In this document: in pieces, positions 18,054 to 25,957 of the stretch
Layout: the number at the start of each line of letters is the position of its first letter
Numbering within the stretch: the stretch's first letter is position 1
DNA from: Burkholderiales bacterium
Lineage (GTDB): Bacteria; Pseudomonadota; Gammaproteobacteria; Burkholderiales; JACQAP01
Direction of reading: 5' to 3'
DNA length: 52,327 nt
NCBI GenBank assembly: GCA_046590325.1
Contig: JBKJUC010000103.1
Coordinates: 1 to 52,327, forward strand
Translations under genes and position numbers: made by a program
Notes under the pieces: generated by a model
Told to the model about the DNA's origin: nothing
What the model saw: only the letters and a program-made list of their open reading frames with translations
The model's database searches: none

Positions 18054-18144
18054 ATTTCAGGCGGCGGTTGTCAACGCAGAGGTGGCTGGATGCAGGTATT
18101 GTGCCGGGCGGTTTGCCTCTCAAGCTATCAGTCATTCAGGGCTA

Positions 18145-18323
18145 TCACCACAGAGGCACAGAGGAAACAGAGGAATGCGGAACTCAGATTCAGGGGCGGC
18201 AGATAGGGTCCAGATTCGGCGGACGATCAGGAGAATCCCCGAAACATTGCACGACGTGACTCAATACATTCAGACTTTGTTCTTCCCTGTGCCCCCTGTA
18301 CCCCCCCTGTGCCTCTGTGGTGA
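18145..18323. repeat. Palindromic element with 9-bp CACAGAGG-type tandem arms
   Basis: TCACCACAGAGGCACAGAGGAAACAGAGG ... CCCTGTGCCCCCTGTACCCCCCCTGTGCCTCTGTGGTGA. Confidence 0.85.
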
Positions 18324-18429
18324 AGAACTTCGGTTGAGCGGTTACCCCACCCCGAAGGGGCGAAGGCTGCGATAATGGGCGGTCAAGGAAGGGCGGGGCC
18401 GCTGGCACCCGCCCGCAGGGGAGGATTGT

Positions 18430-18858
18430 ATGGAACCCGCGCTCGTCTGGCTGCTGTTGGGCCTTGGGCTCATAGTCGTCGAACTGCTGACCGGCACGTT
18501 TTACCTGCTCATCCTCGGTCTCGCCGCCGGCATGGGCGCGCTGGCTGCCTGGCTCGGTGCCCCGATCTGGCTGCAAACCGTGGTGGTGGCGACTGCCGGT
18601 GTCGCGGGCAGCGTTTACATCAGGCGGCGCAAGCTGGCCCGACCCGCTACCCACGGCAACGACCAGATGGACGTCGGCCAGACGGTGGTCGTCGAATCCT
18701 GGATCAGCGAACCGCAGCGTCTGGCCCGGGTAATGTACCGCGGCGCGTCCTGGGACGCCGAGATCCTGGGCAGCGATGCCGTGGCCCCGGGCGCCGTGCT
18801 GTATGTGATCGGCACTGAAGGCAACAGGCTGCGGGTTGCCGCCAACCGGAATAGCTGA
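18430..18858 (+). CDS. NfeD family membrane protein
   Basis: WLLLGLGLIVVELLTGTFYLL, C-terminal OB-like RVMYRGASWDA...GNRLRV; directly upstream of an SPFH gene. Confidence 0.9.
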   Translation: MEPALVWLLLGLGLIVVELLTGTFYLLILGLAAGMGALAAWLGAPIWLQTVVVATAGVAGSVYIRRRKLARPATHGNDQMDVGQTVVVESWISEPQRLARVMYRGASWDAEILGSDAVAPGAVLYVIGTEGNRLRVAANRNS

Positions 18859-18867
18859 AAGAACCAG

Positions 18868-19893
18868 ATGAAAAAACCCGGAGTTCCCATGTTCGCCAAG
18901 CTCATCATTGTCGCCATCCTGTTCGGGATGATCCTGTCCTATCCACCGTTATCGGGTTACGCATGGCCATTCCTGGTCCTCGCCATCGCCGTAGTGTTCA
19001 TCATCGAGGGCGTGCGCGTTGTGCCCCAGCAGAACGCCTGGGTGGTGGAGCGCCTCGGCAAGTACCACGCGACCCTCGAACCGGGCCTGAACATCATCGT
19101 GCCCTTCATCGACAAGGTGGAATACCGCCACTCGCTGAAGGAAGTGCCGCTCGACGTGCCCGAGCAGGTCTGTATCACGCGTGACAACACCCAGCTTGCG
19201 GTGGACGGTATCATTTACTATCAGGTCACCGATCCCAAGCTGGCGAGTTACGGCACGTCGGACTACGTGCTGGCGATCACGCAGCTGGCGCAGACAACCC
19301 TGCGCAGCGAAGTCGGCAAGATGGAACTCGACAAGACGTTCGAGAGCCGCGACGAGATCAACCATAAAGTCGTTGCGGTGCTGGACGAAGCCGGCCGCAC
19401 CTGGGGCGTAAAGGTGCTGCGATACGAAATCAAGAATCTGACACCGCCCGAATCCATCCTGCACGCGATGCAGGCGCAGATTACCGCGGAGCGCGAGAAG
19501 CGCGCGCTGATCGCCAAATCGGAAGGCCAGCGCCAGCAGGAAATCAACATCGCCGACGGCGAGAAGCAGGCCAAGATCCTGTCCTCGGAAGGCGACAAGA
19601 CGGCGCAGATCAACAAGGCACAGGGCGAGGCCGGCGCCATCAAGATGATCGCCGAGGCCCAGGCGGAAGCGGTGAAGGTGGTCGGCCAGGCCATCGGTAC
19701 CAACGAAGGCCTCAGCGCCGCCAACCTGAAAGTGGCCGAGCTTTACGTCGGCGCGTTCAAGGAACTCGCCAAGGCCGGCAATACGCTGATCATCCCGTCC
19801 AATCTCAGCGACGCGGCTAGTTTCGTCGCCAGCGCCATGACCGTGCTGGAGCGGGCCAAGACGGGATCGGACATGCAGCGGACAAAGGGTTAA
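18868..19893 (+). CDS. SPFH/band 7 stomatin-like protein (QmcA-like)
   Basis: VPQQNAWVVERLGKY, ITRDN, LAQTTLRSEVG, WGVKVLRYEIK, QITAEREKRA. Start may be 18889. Confidence 0.93.
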   Translation: MKKPGVPMFAKLIIVAILFGMILSYPPLSGYAWPFLVLAIAVVFIIEGVRVVPQQNAWVVERLGKYHATLEPGLNIIVPFIDKVEYRHSLKEVPLDVPEQVCITRDNTQLAVDGIIYYQVTDPKLASYGTSDYVLAITQLAQTTLRSEVGKMELDKTFESRDEINHKVVAVLDEAGRTWGVKVLRYEIKNLTPPESILHAMQAQITAEREKRALIAKSEGQRQQEINIADGEKQAKILSSEGDKTAQINKAQGEAGAIKMIAEAQAEAVKVVGQAIGTNEGLSAANLKVAELYVGAFKELAKAGNTLIIPSNLSDAASFVASAMTVLERAKTGSDMQRTKG

Positions 19894-19902
19894 GGGCGTG
19901 CG

Positions 19903-19968
19903 AAAAGGTAAGAGGTCAAAGGTAAAAGGTAAAAGTAACGGCATGCAGGGTGCCAAGTGCCAAGTCCT
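19903..19968. repeat. Solo arm of 7-bp tandem repeats
   Basis: AAAAGGT AAGAGGT CAAAGGT AAAAGGT AAAAGT then GTGCCAA GTGCCAA GTCC; no complementary arm nearby. Confidence 0.6.
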
Positions 19969-20005
19969 GGAACGAAGCAGGGCTGGGATTGAGTGAGGGC
20001 GGGGG

Positions 20006-20641
20006 ATGGCAAAATTGAGGCACATGGGGTTATTGGCGGTCCTGGCGGGACTCGCGTTGCTCGGTGCGTGCGCACAGAAGCCGCCCCGTGCCGCCGGGCC
20101 GAATACCAGCGTGGTGGTGCTGCCCGCCTCAGCCGACGGGCATGTCGGAGCGGTGGTAGTGCGGCCCCGCGGTGGCGGCAAGGCGGTCCTCGTGGACAAG
20201 GCCTATGTCGAAGCCAGCCTTGGCGATACCAAGACGGTGCGGACGTCCGCAATCGATGCGAAAGACGTGAATGCGACCTTTGGCAAGACCCTTGCGGCGC
20301 TGCCCGCGCAGCCGCAGACGTATGTGGTTTACTTTGTGGAGGGGACGGACGAGCTTAATCCCGACGCGAAACGGGCACTAGACGGGGTCGCCGCCGCCGC
20401 GGGGACGCGGCCCTCGCCGGAAATCGCCGTGATCGGCCATACGGATTTCATGGGCACTGACCAGTACAATGACACCCTTTCCCTGCAGCGCGCGCGCAGG
20501 GTCCAGGATCTGCTGATTAAGCGCGGTATACCGGCCATGATGATTCATGCCGCCGGCCGCGGAAAGCGCGAACCCCTGATCCAGCACGCCGACGCGGTAG
20601 CCGAGCGGCGCAACCGGCGTGTGGAAATCACCGTGCGCTGA
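20006..20641 (+). CDS. OmpA family lipoprotein
   Basis: Lipobox LGAC; GHTDFMG..YN..LS..RA and RNRRVEI peptidoglycan-binding motifs. Confidence 0.9.
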   Translation: MAKLRHMGLLAVLAGLALLGACAQKPPRAAGPNTSVVVLPASADGHVGAVVVRPRGGGKAVLVDKAYVEASLGDTKTVRTSAIDAKDVNATFGKTLAALPAQPQTYVVYFVEGTDELNPDAKRALDGVAAAAGTRPSPEIAVIGHTDFMGTDQYNDTLSLQRARRVQDLLIKRGIPAMMIHAAGRGKREPLIQHADAVAERRNRRVEITVR

Positions 20642-20707
20642 AGCCGGCACGCCGAACCTGCAGTGAATGAATCGGACACGCAACAAACCTCGAAGGCGAA
20701 CTGAAAC

Positions 20708-21058
20708 ATGGCTGAGAACGACAACAACGAACAGAACGGCAACGAAGCGCTGCCACCGCAGCAACAGGCGCCGCAGCAGCAACCGGCGCCGTCGGGAAAG
20801 CAACGCCTCAGGGAACTGCTGGCCATTCCCGAACGTCAGCGTACCGATGCGGAGTGGGACGAGCTCAACGAGCTCGAGATCTCCCTGGCCCAGGGCAACC
20901 GCGAAGGCGGGCCCGAGCCGCAACAAGGCAACAGGCAGCAGAAGCAACAGGGCCAGCCGGGCGGTGGTGGCGGAGGCAAGCAGAACAACAACCCGGGCGG
21001 TGGGCAGCGCAAGCGGGAGCAGTTCCAGAAGGGCAAGCGGCCGCCCCGCAGGGGCTAA
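20708..21058 (+). CDS. Hypothetical Q/N/G-rich low-complexity protein
   Basis: 116-aa ORF with typical codon usage and a central helical core KQRLRELLAIPERQRTDAEWDELNELEISLA. Confidence 0.75.
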   Translation: MAENDNNEQNGNEALPPQQQAPQQQPAPSGKQRLRELLAIPERQRTDAEWDELNELEISLAQGNREGGPEPQQGNRQQKQQGQPGGGGGGKQNNNPGGGQRKREQFQKGKRPPRRG

Positions 21059-21113
21059 GAAATGTCGCCGAAAGGGGAAAGTCGCCCCCTCCGGGGACAC
21101 CGGGCTGGGCCGA

Positions 21114-21191
21114 TAAAAGTGAAAGTGAAAGGCAAGAGCAGGGCCCTGGATTCGCTTTTACTTCCCCTTTAGCCTTTCACCTCGTACCTCG
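21114..21191. repeat. Degenerate purine/pyrimidine palindromic element
   Basis: TAAAAGTGAAAGTGAAAGG ... CTTTTACTTCCCCTTTAGCCTTTCACCTC, similar to the 4256-4345 element. Confidence 0.5.
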
Positions 21192-21218
21192 GACGACGGC
21201 AATCCTGCCGTCAGTCCA

Positions 21219-21243
21219 ATTCACGATATCCGCGACATTCACG
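21219..21243. repeat. Solo ATTCACG-type 9-bp repeat arm
   Basis: ATTCACGATATCCGCGACATTCACG, the reverse complement (1 mismatch) of 22003-22027. Confidence 0.7.
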
Positions 21244-21257
21244 GTATTTCACAATCC

Positions 21258-21998
21258 ATGGACTCTCCCACCCCTGCCGCCCTTCACGACCTCGCCCCTT
21301 CCGGCACGCTGCATGCCGCCATCAACACCGGCAACCCGGTGCTCGTCCAGCAGGATGCGGCGACCGGTGAATTGGCCGGCGTGACGGTGGACCTGGCGCG
21401 GGAGCTGGGACGCCTGCTCGATGTTCCGGTCGAACTTGTAACGTACAACGGGGCCGGCAAGGTATCTGACGCTGCCGGAAGCGGCGCCTGGAATGTCGCC
21501 TTCCTCGCCATCGATCCGGCTCGATCCGCGGCCATCCGCTTCACGGCGCCTTACGTGATCATCGAAGGCACCTGCATCGTCCGCGCGGACTCGCCCGACA
21601 TGACGATCGGCGACCTCGATCGTCCCGGCAAGCGCATCTCCGTGGTAAAGGGCGCGGCCTACGACCTGTACCTGACCCGCACTCTGAAGCATGCGCAACT
21701 GCTGCGAAAATCCACGTTCGAAGAGCAGATGGATCTGTTCCTGAACGAGCAGCTCGATGCGTCGGCTGGCGTGCGCCAGCCCCTCGAAGAATTCTCCCGG
21801 AACCACAAAGGCTTCCGCGTCCTCGAAGGCCGCTTCACCGAAATCCGCCAGGCCATGGGCGTTCCGCAGGGCCGCAACGCCGGCGCAAGCTACGTCGCCG
21901 AATTCCTCGACGAAATGAAGACCAGCGGGTTTATCGGCGAGGCGTTCAAGCGTGCCGGACAGGTGGGGGTCACGCTCGTCGGAGTGAAAAAAACGTGA
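21258..21998 (+). CDS. Orphan polar-amino-acid-type solute-binding protein (family 3)
   Basis: LAPSGTLHAAINTGNPVL, GVTVDLARELG, DPARSAAIRFTAPY, RISVVKGAAYDLYL; no obvious signal peptide and no adjacent permease. Confidence 0.85.
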   Translation: MDSPTPAALHDLAPSGTLHAAINTGNPVLVQQDAATGELAGVTVDLARELGRLLDVPVELVTYNGAGKVSDAAGSGAWNVAFLAIDPARSAAIRFTAPYVIIEGTCIVRADSPDMTIGDLDRPGKRISVVKGAAYDLYLTRTLKHAQLLRKSTFEEQMDLFLNEQLDASAGVRQPLEEFSRNHKGFRVLEGRFTEIRQAMGVPQGRNAGASYVAEFLDEMKTSGFIGEAFKRAGQVGVTLVGVKKT

Positions 21999-22195
21999 AT
22001 GTCGTGAATATCGCGGATATCGTGAATATCGTAAACACGACAATGCGATACGGCTGAGGGGCGAAGGACTGAGAAAGCTATAGGCTCTCTGGCCGTTACG
22101 TCTCGTTGCGGCCTTAAGCCGCTAGTTCTGCAGTATCTCGAAGGTAGCTCGTGCAGTCGTAGTTTCTACGACATTCACGACATCCGCGATATTCA
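21994..22195. repeat. Palindromic element with 9-bp CGTGAATRT tandem arms
   Basis: CGTGAATGTCGTGAATATCGCGGATATCGTGAATATCGTA ... TACGACATTCACGACATCCGCGATATTCA. Confidence 0.85.
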
Positions 22196-22202
22196 GGGCT
22201 TC

Positions 22203-23186
22203 TCAGGCCGCCAGCAATTCGCCCGCCATGCCCCTCGATCGGTGCTGGCCGAACATCAGCCGCTCGACCTCCTTTGGTTCATTGACCTGGCGAATTGTTG
22301 AATAGGCCGTCGCGGCTTCCGGGTACCGCCGCCGCAGCAGATTCAGCCACTGCTTCAATCGGCCCGCGCGGTGCTGCGGCAGGTTGTGCCTGTCGATGAT
22401 CTCCCAGAAAACTTCGATCAGCGGCCGCAGTTCGTCCCAGCTTATTCCCCGTTCACTGTTCACCGTTCCACTGTTCGCCCGGATGGCTAGCGCCAGCCCC
22501 GGATCGGCGACGATGCCGCGGCCGAGCATGATGGCGTTGCAGCCGGATCGGATGCGGCAGCGCTGGGCATCTTCCGCAGTCCAGATCTCGCCGTTGGCGA
22601 TCACGGGAATCGAAACGGCGTCACGGATTTCCTGGATGCGTTCCCAGTAAGCGGGTGGTTTGTAGCCGTCGGCCTTGGTGCGGGCATGGACCACCAGTTC
22701 CATCGCGCCGCCGCTCTCGATCGCGTGCGCGCATTCCAGAGTGCGGGTCGAGCAGTTGTAGCCGAGGCGCATCTTGGCCGATACCGGCATGTTCGCCGGC
22801 ACCGCGCGGCGCACCGCCGCGACGATTTCCGCGATCAGTTCCGGCTCGTCCAGCAGCACGGCGCCACCGCGATGGCGGTTCACACCCTTGGCCGGGCAGC
22901 CAAAGTTGAGATCAATCCCCTCGGGTCCCAGCGCCGCCAGCCTGGCGGCGTTCTCCGCCATGCACGCCGGGTCTGAACCCAGCAGCTGCGCCCGCACTGG
23001 CACGCCGGCCGGCGTGCGGCCGCGGTTGTTCAGTTCGGGGACGATGCGCAAGAAGGTGCGGTCGGGCAGCAACGTGCCCGTGACCCGGATGAACTCGGAT
23101 ACGCAGCGGTCGATGCCGCCGACGCGGGTAAGGACATCGCGGAGGACGAAATCCAGGAGGCCTTCCATGGGAGCGAGAAGAATCAT
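22203..23186 (-). CDS. dusC: tRNA-dihydrouridine synthase C
   Basis: LLAPMEG, CVSEFIRVT, DLNFGCPAKGVNRHRGGAVLL, SAKMRLG, VHARTKADGYKPPAYW, GRLKQWL. Confidence 0.92.
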   Translation of the reverse strand: MILLAPMEGLLDFVLRDVLTRVGGIDRCVSEFIRVTGTLLPDRTFLRIVPELNNRGRTPAGVPVRAQLLGSDPACMAENAARLAALGPEGIDLNFGCPAKGVNRHRGGAVLLDEPELIAEIVAAVRRAVPANMPVSAKMRLGYNCSTRTLECAHAIESGGAMELVVHARTKADGYKPPAYWERIQEIRDAVSIPVIANGEIWTAEDAQRCRIRSGCNAIMLGRGIVADPGLALAIRANSGTVNSERGISWDELRPLIEVFWEIIDRHNLPQHRAGRLKQWLNLLRRRYPEAATAYSTIRQVNEPKEVERLMFGQHRSRGMAGELLAA

Positions 23187-23241
23187 GGGACGGAAGTCTA
23201 TCCCAAGGAAAGGCGCTGGGCACTGCCTGCTGGGTGCTGAG

Positions 23242-23276
23242 AAAAAACAGGCCGCGGTACTCGTACCGCGCCCCCT
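23242..23276 (-). terminator. Probable terminator of the GST gene
   Basis: Minus strand GGGGGCGCGGTACGAGTACCGCGGCCTGTTTTTT. Confidence 0.5.
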
Positions 23277-23279
23277 TTG

Positions 23280-23888
23280 CTATTTGACTAAACCTTCCTC
23301 TTTCATCGTCTTCTGTACCGCAGGGCGCGCGCCGATGCGGGCTTGGAAGGCTTTGATGTTGGGCCATTTGCCGAGATCGACCTTGAGGCCGCCGGTCCAG
23401 TTGAGCACGGTGAAGAGATAGGCGTCTGCAACCGAAAACTTGTTGTTCGCCAGGTATTCCTTGCCGGTGAGCATTTTCTCCAGCGCGTCGAGGCGGCGAC
23501 CGATGGTGCCGTGCTGGACTTCCTTCATCTCTGGCGTCATTTTCGGGTTGAACAGTGCGCCGAGTTGCTTGTGGACTTCGGTGGCGACGAAGTTTACCGC
23601 CTCCATCTGCCGGTAGCGGTCCATGGTCGCCGCCTTGGCCGTCAGGCCGGATTCGGGCTTCTGGTCAGCGAGGTACTGGATGATGACGCCGACCTCGGTA
23701 AGGACCGTGCCGTCATCGAGCTTCAAGGCGGGGACATAGCCCTTGAGGTTGACGCCCCAGAAATCGGCGCCGGATTCGGTCTTCTTGTTGGGGATGTCGA
23801 CGTTTTCCAGGTCGAGCTGGGTGCCAAGTTCGTTGGCGACGATGTGGGGTGCCATGGAGCAGGCGCCGGGCGCATAGTAGAGTTTCAT
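23280..23888 (-). CDS. gstA: Glutathione S-transferase, beta class
   Basis: MKLYYAPGACSMAPHI, GYVPAL, FVATEVHK, FSVADAYLFTVLNW, RPAVQK. Confidence 0.9.
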   Translation of the reverse strand: MKLYYAPGACSMAPHIVANELGTQLDLENVDIPNKKTESGADFWGVNLKGYVPALKLDDGTVLTEVGVIIQYLADQKPESGLTAKAATMDRYRQMEAVNFVATEVHKQLGALFNPKMTPEMKEVQHGTIGRRLDALEKMLTGKEYLANNKFSVADAYLFTVLNWTGGLKVDLGKWPNIKAFQARIGARPAVQKTMKEEGLVK

Positions 23889-24338
23889 TGCAGTTTCCTT
23901 TTCGGTTGGGGAGTCTAGACATAAGGGTGAGGGTGGGACTATGGGGCCGCAGAAGCGTTCCATTGGTTTTGAGTCGCGCGAAGGGCTATCCCTTTGCAAC
24001 GCCTTGCCAGTTGCGAAATCATAAGTTACAACTTCCGGCTTCTGCGCTATGTATGCCATTCGGGTTTACTGAATTCTCAGGCCGAGCGTTACAGACCCGA
24101 AGAGGAATATTGCCGCGCTGGATGAAAAACCTGGCGGACGTGTTGCAAGAAAGCGCTACTCTTTTTCCGAGCTATCAAACGGGCTCCCGGCCTACGCAAG
24201 CGGGAACAAGCGGATCAGGTTGCCTGACTGCGTATTGCAGACGCCTATCCGGCTCGAATAAGAGGGAATAGGCACGCCCCGCAGTCTTGTAGAATGCGCT
24301 GTCAGCCCTAAACTTGCAGGCCAGATCCCGTGACATTT

Positions 24339-24638
24339 ATGAATATGAAAAAGCCGCCGTCCCTGGCGTCCAGATTCCAGAGCAGCATGGCGAAAACCGA
24401 AACGGTGGCCGGAACGTCGGAAGTCAGGATACTGTTCACCGACGAAAGCGCGTTGTCGTTTCAGGCCGGGGGCAGCGATCCAAAGCCTGTGGTGAACGGC
24501 GCGGTCGGTACGCTGGCGCATGAATTCGGCGCCGGCGTCGACAAGTTCACGTTCCTTGCCGCCGGAGTGCAAATGGCATTCAAGGATGGCAGTTCCTGCA
24601 ATCTCAATTTCGGCCGGAAGATCGGCGCTCAGGCCTGA
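24339..24638 (+). CDS. Hypothetical protein
   Basis: About 99-aa ORF with normal codon usage; start uncertain (24330, 24339 or 24345). Confidence 0.55.
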   Translation: MNMKKPPSLASRFQSSMAKTETVAGTSEVRILFTDESALSFQAGGSDPKPVVNGAVGTLAHEFGAGVDKFTFLAAGVQMAFKDGSSCNLNFGRKIGAQA

Positions 24639-24682
24639 GCAGCTCTAACTCTGAACCTTAGACCCGCAACTCTCTAAACCTT

Positions 24683-24741
24683 TTCACCGCAGAGGCGCAG
24701 AGGATTCGCTTCTATACCCGCCGTGAGGGGTACGCAGAGGA
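24683..24741. repeat. Solo left arm of 9-bp CGCAGAGG-type element
   Basis: TTCACCGCAGAGGCGCAGAGGA...ACGCAGAGGA; no complementary arm found. Confidence 0.6.
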
Positions 24742-24909
24742 AGGCGAAGAACAGGGAAGTAAGAAGTGCTCCGGGTAAGCATGAACGGCATCACTCAACG
24801 GTGGATGGAGGCGATCCCATCGCATGCGACTACCCTGCCATCCTCATCGCGTTTGCTTCTGTCCTCCCCAGCGACGCTGCGGTGAAAACAATCTGTTTTC
24901 AGGCAATGA

Positions 24910-25068
24910 AGCGTTTCGTCTGAACTCCGAAAGCATCCGCAGGAACATCTCCCTCGTATCCAGCGAGTCGTGAAATCCAGGACGGCGGGCCTTGCCCATG
25001 TCTGAGACGACGTCGTAGTCAGAGTGGAACACGCTCTCGGGCTAAAGCCAGGCGACGATCCTCTTGCA
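24910..25068 (-). pseudogene. C-terminal remnant of a PRISE-like (progesterone 5-beta-reductase-like) SDR oxidoreductase
   Basis: Reads CKRIVAWL*PESVFHSDYDVVSDMGKARRPGFHDSLDTREMFLRMLSEFRRN with an in-frame TAG at 25042-25044; resembles the family C-terminus from recall; N-terminal part absent. Confidence 0.55.
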
Positions 25069-25141
25069 CGCGTGCCGAAGGGCTTTTCTGTATCCATAAG
25101 CTATCCGTCATTAGCCGGGCGCTAACCTGCTCCTCGCGATT

Positions 25142-25345
25142 ATGGGGGGAGCCTTGCTGCGCCAGGAAACGTTCGTCGTTCGCATCTACGGTCCCGAGGG
25201 CAAGCGCAAGGAGCCCAGGGGCGTCGTGGAGATCGTGCGACGGCGGATACTCGTTCCTTTCGACAGTTTCGCTGCGTTGAAGAAGATCCTCGTCGAGCAT
25301 TCCCTCCCACTTCGCAAATCTGAAGGAAAGTCGCCGAAAGGCTGA
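25142..25345 (+). CDS. Small hypothetical protein (FVVRIY...GVVE...F motif)
   Basis: 67-aa ORF with ETFVVRIY, RGVVEIV, PFDSFAALKKIL; co-oriented with the cupin and regulator genes. Confidence 0.6.
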   Translation: MGGALLRQETFVVRIYGPEGKRKEPRGVVEIVRRRILVPFDSFAALKKILVEHSLPLRKSEGKSPKG

Positions 25346-25385
25346 TGGATTTGCCTATGAAAAACTTCTCGGAGGAGGAACTCAG

Positions 25386-25847
25386 ATGGAAATGATCCGT
25401 TCAGGAACGACGGGACCGAAGCGCTTCATGACTCGCCTGGTCTTGGTCGCAGGATTCGCGGCCGCCAGCTGCGCAGGCGGTGCCGACTTCAAGACCCTGT
25501 CGCCCGACGAGGCAGGACTGGACTGGTTCGAATGCGGTGGAGGAAACGTCTGGCCAAAGGGTTGCGAGGCCTATCTGGTCTGGGGAAACTATGAAAAGGG
25601 CGCCAGCGGCTGGTACATCAGGGCGCCGGCGGGCTATGTATTCCCCCGGCATTTCCATGCGACCGAGGAGCGAATCCTCGTCGTTCGCGGCAGGATAGCC
25701 GGTGCCGTGGACGGGGGCGCCGAGACAGTCGTGTCGCCCGGCATGTATTGGGCGCTCGGCGGCAATGCCGTTCACTGGGCTCGCTGCGAGGACGCTTGTC
25801 TGATGTATATCACCTACGACGGGCCATTCGATCTGACTTTCAAGTGA
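25386..25847 (+). CDS. Exported cupin-domain protein (DUF4437-like)
   Basis: Strong RBS GGAGGAGG, signal-like segment, PAGYVFPRHFHATEE and AVHWARC cupin motifs. Confidence 0.8.
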   Translation: MEMIRSGTTGPKRFMTRLVLVAGFAAASCAGGADFKTLSPDEAGLDWFECGGGNVWPKGCEAYLVWGNYEKGASGWYIRAPAGYVFPRHFHATEERILVVRGRIAGAVDGGAETVVSPGMYWALGGNAVHWARCEDACLMYITYDGPFDLTFK

Positions 25848-25957
25848 TGGGCGGCCTCGAAGCCATTCGCGGCGGACTCAGCTCACGGTTCACGCGCTTG
25901 GCGATTTCCCGCATCCTCGTCCTATAATCGGACAGGTCCACTCGTCCCGGGAAGGCC

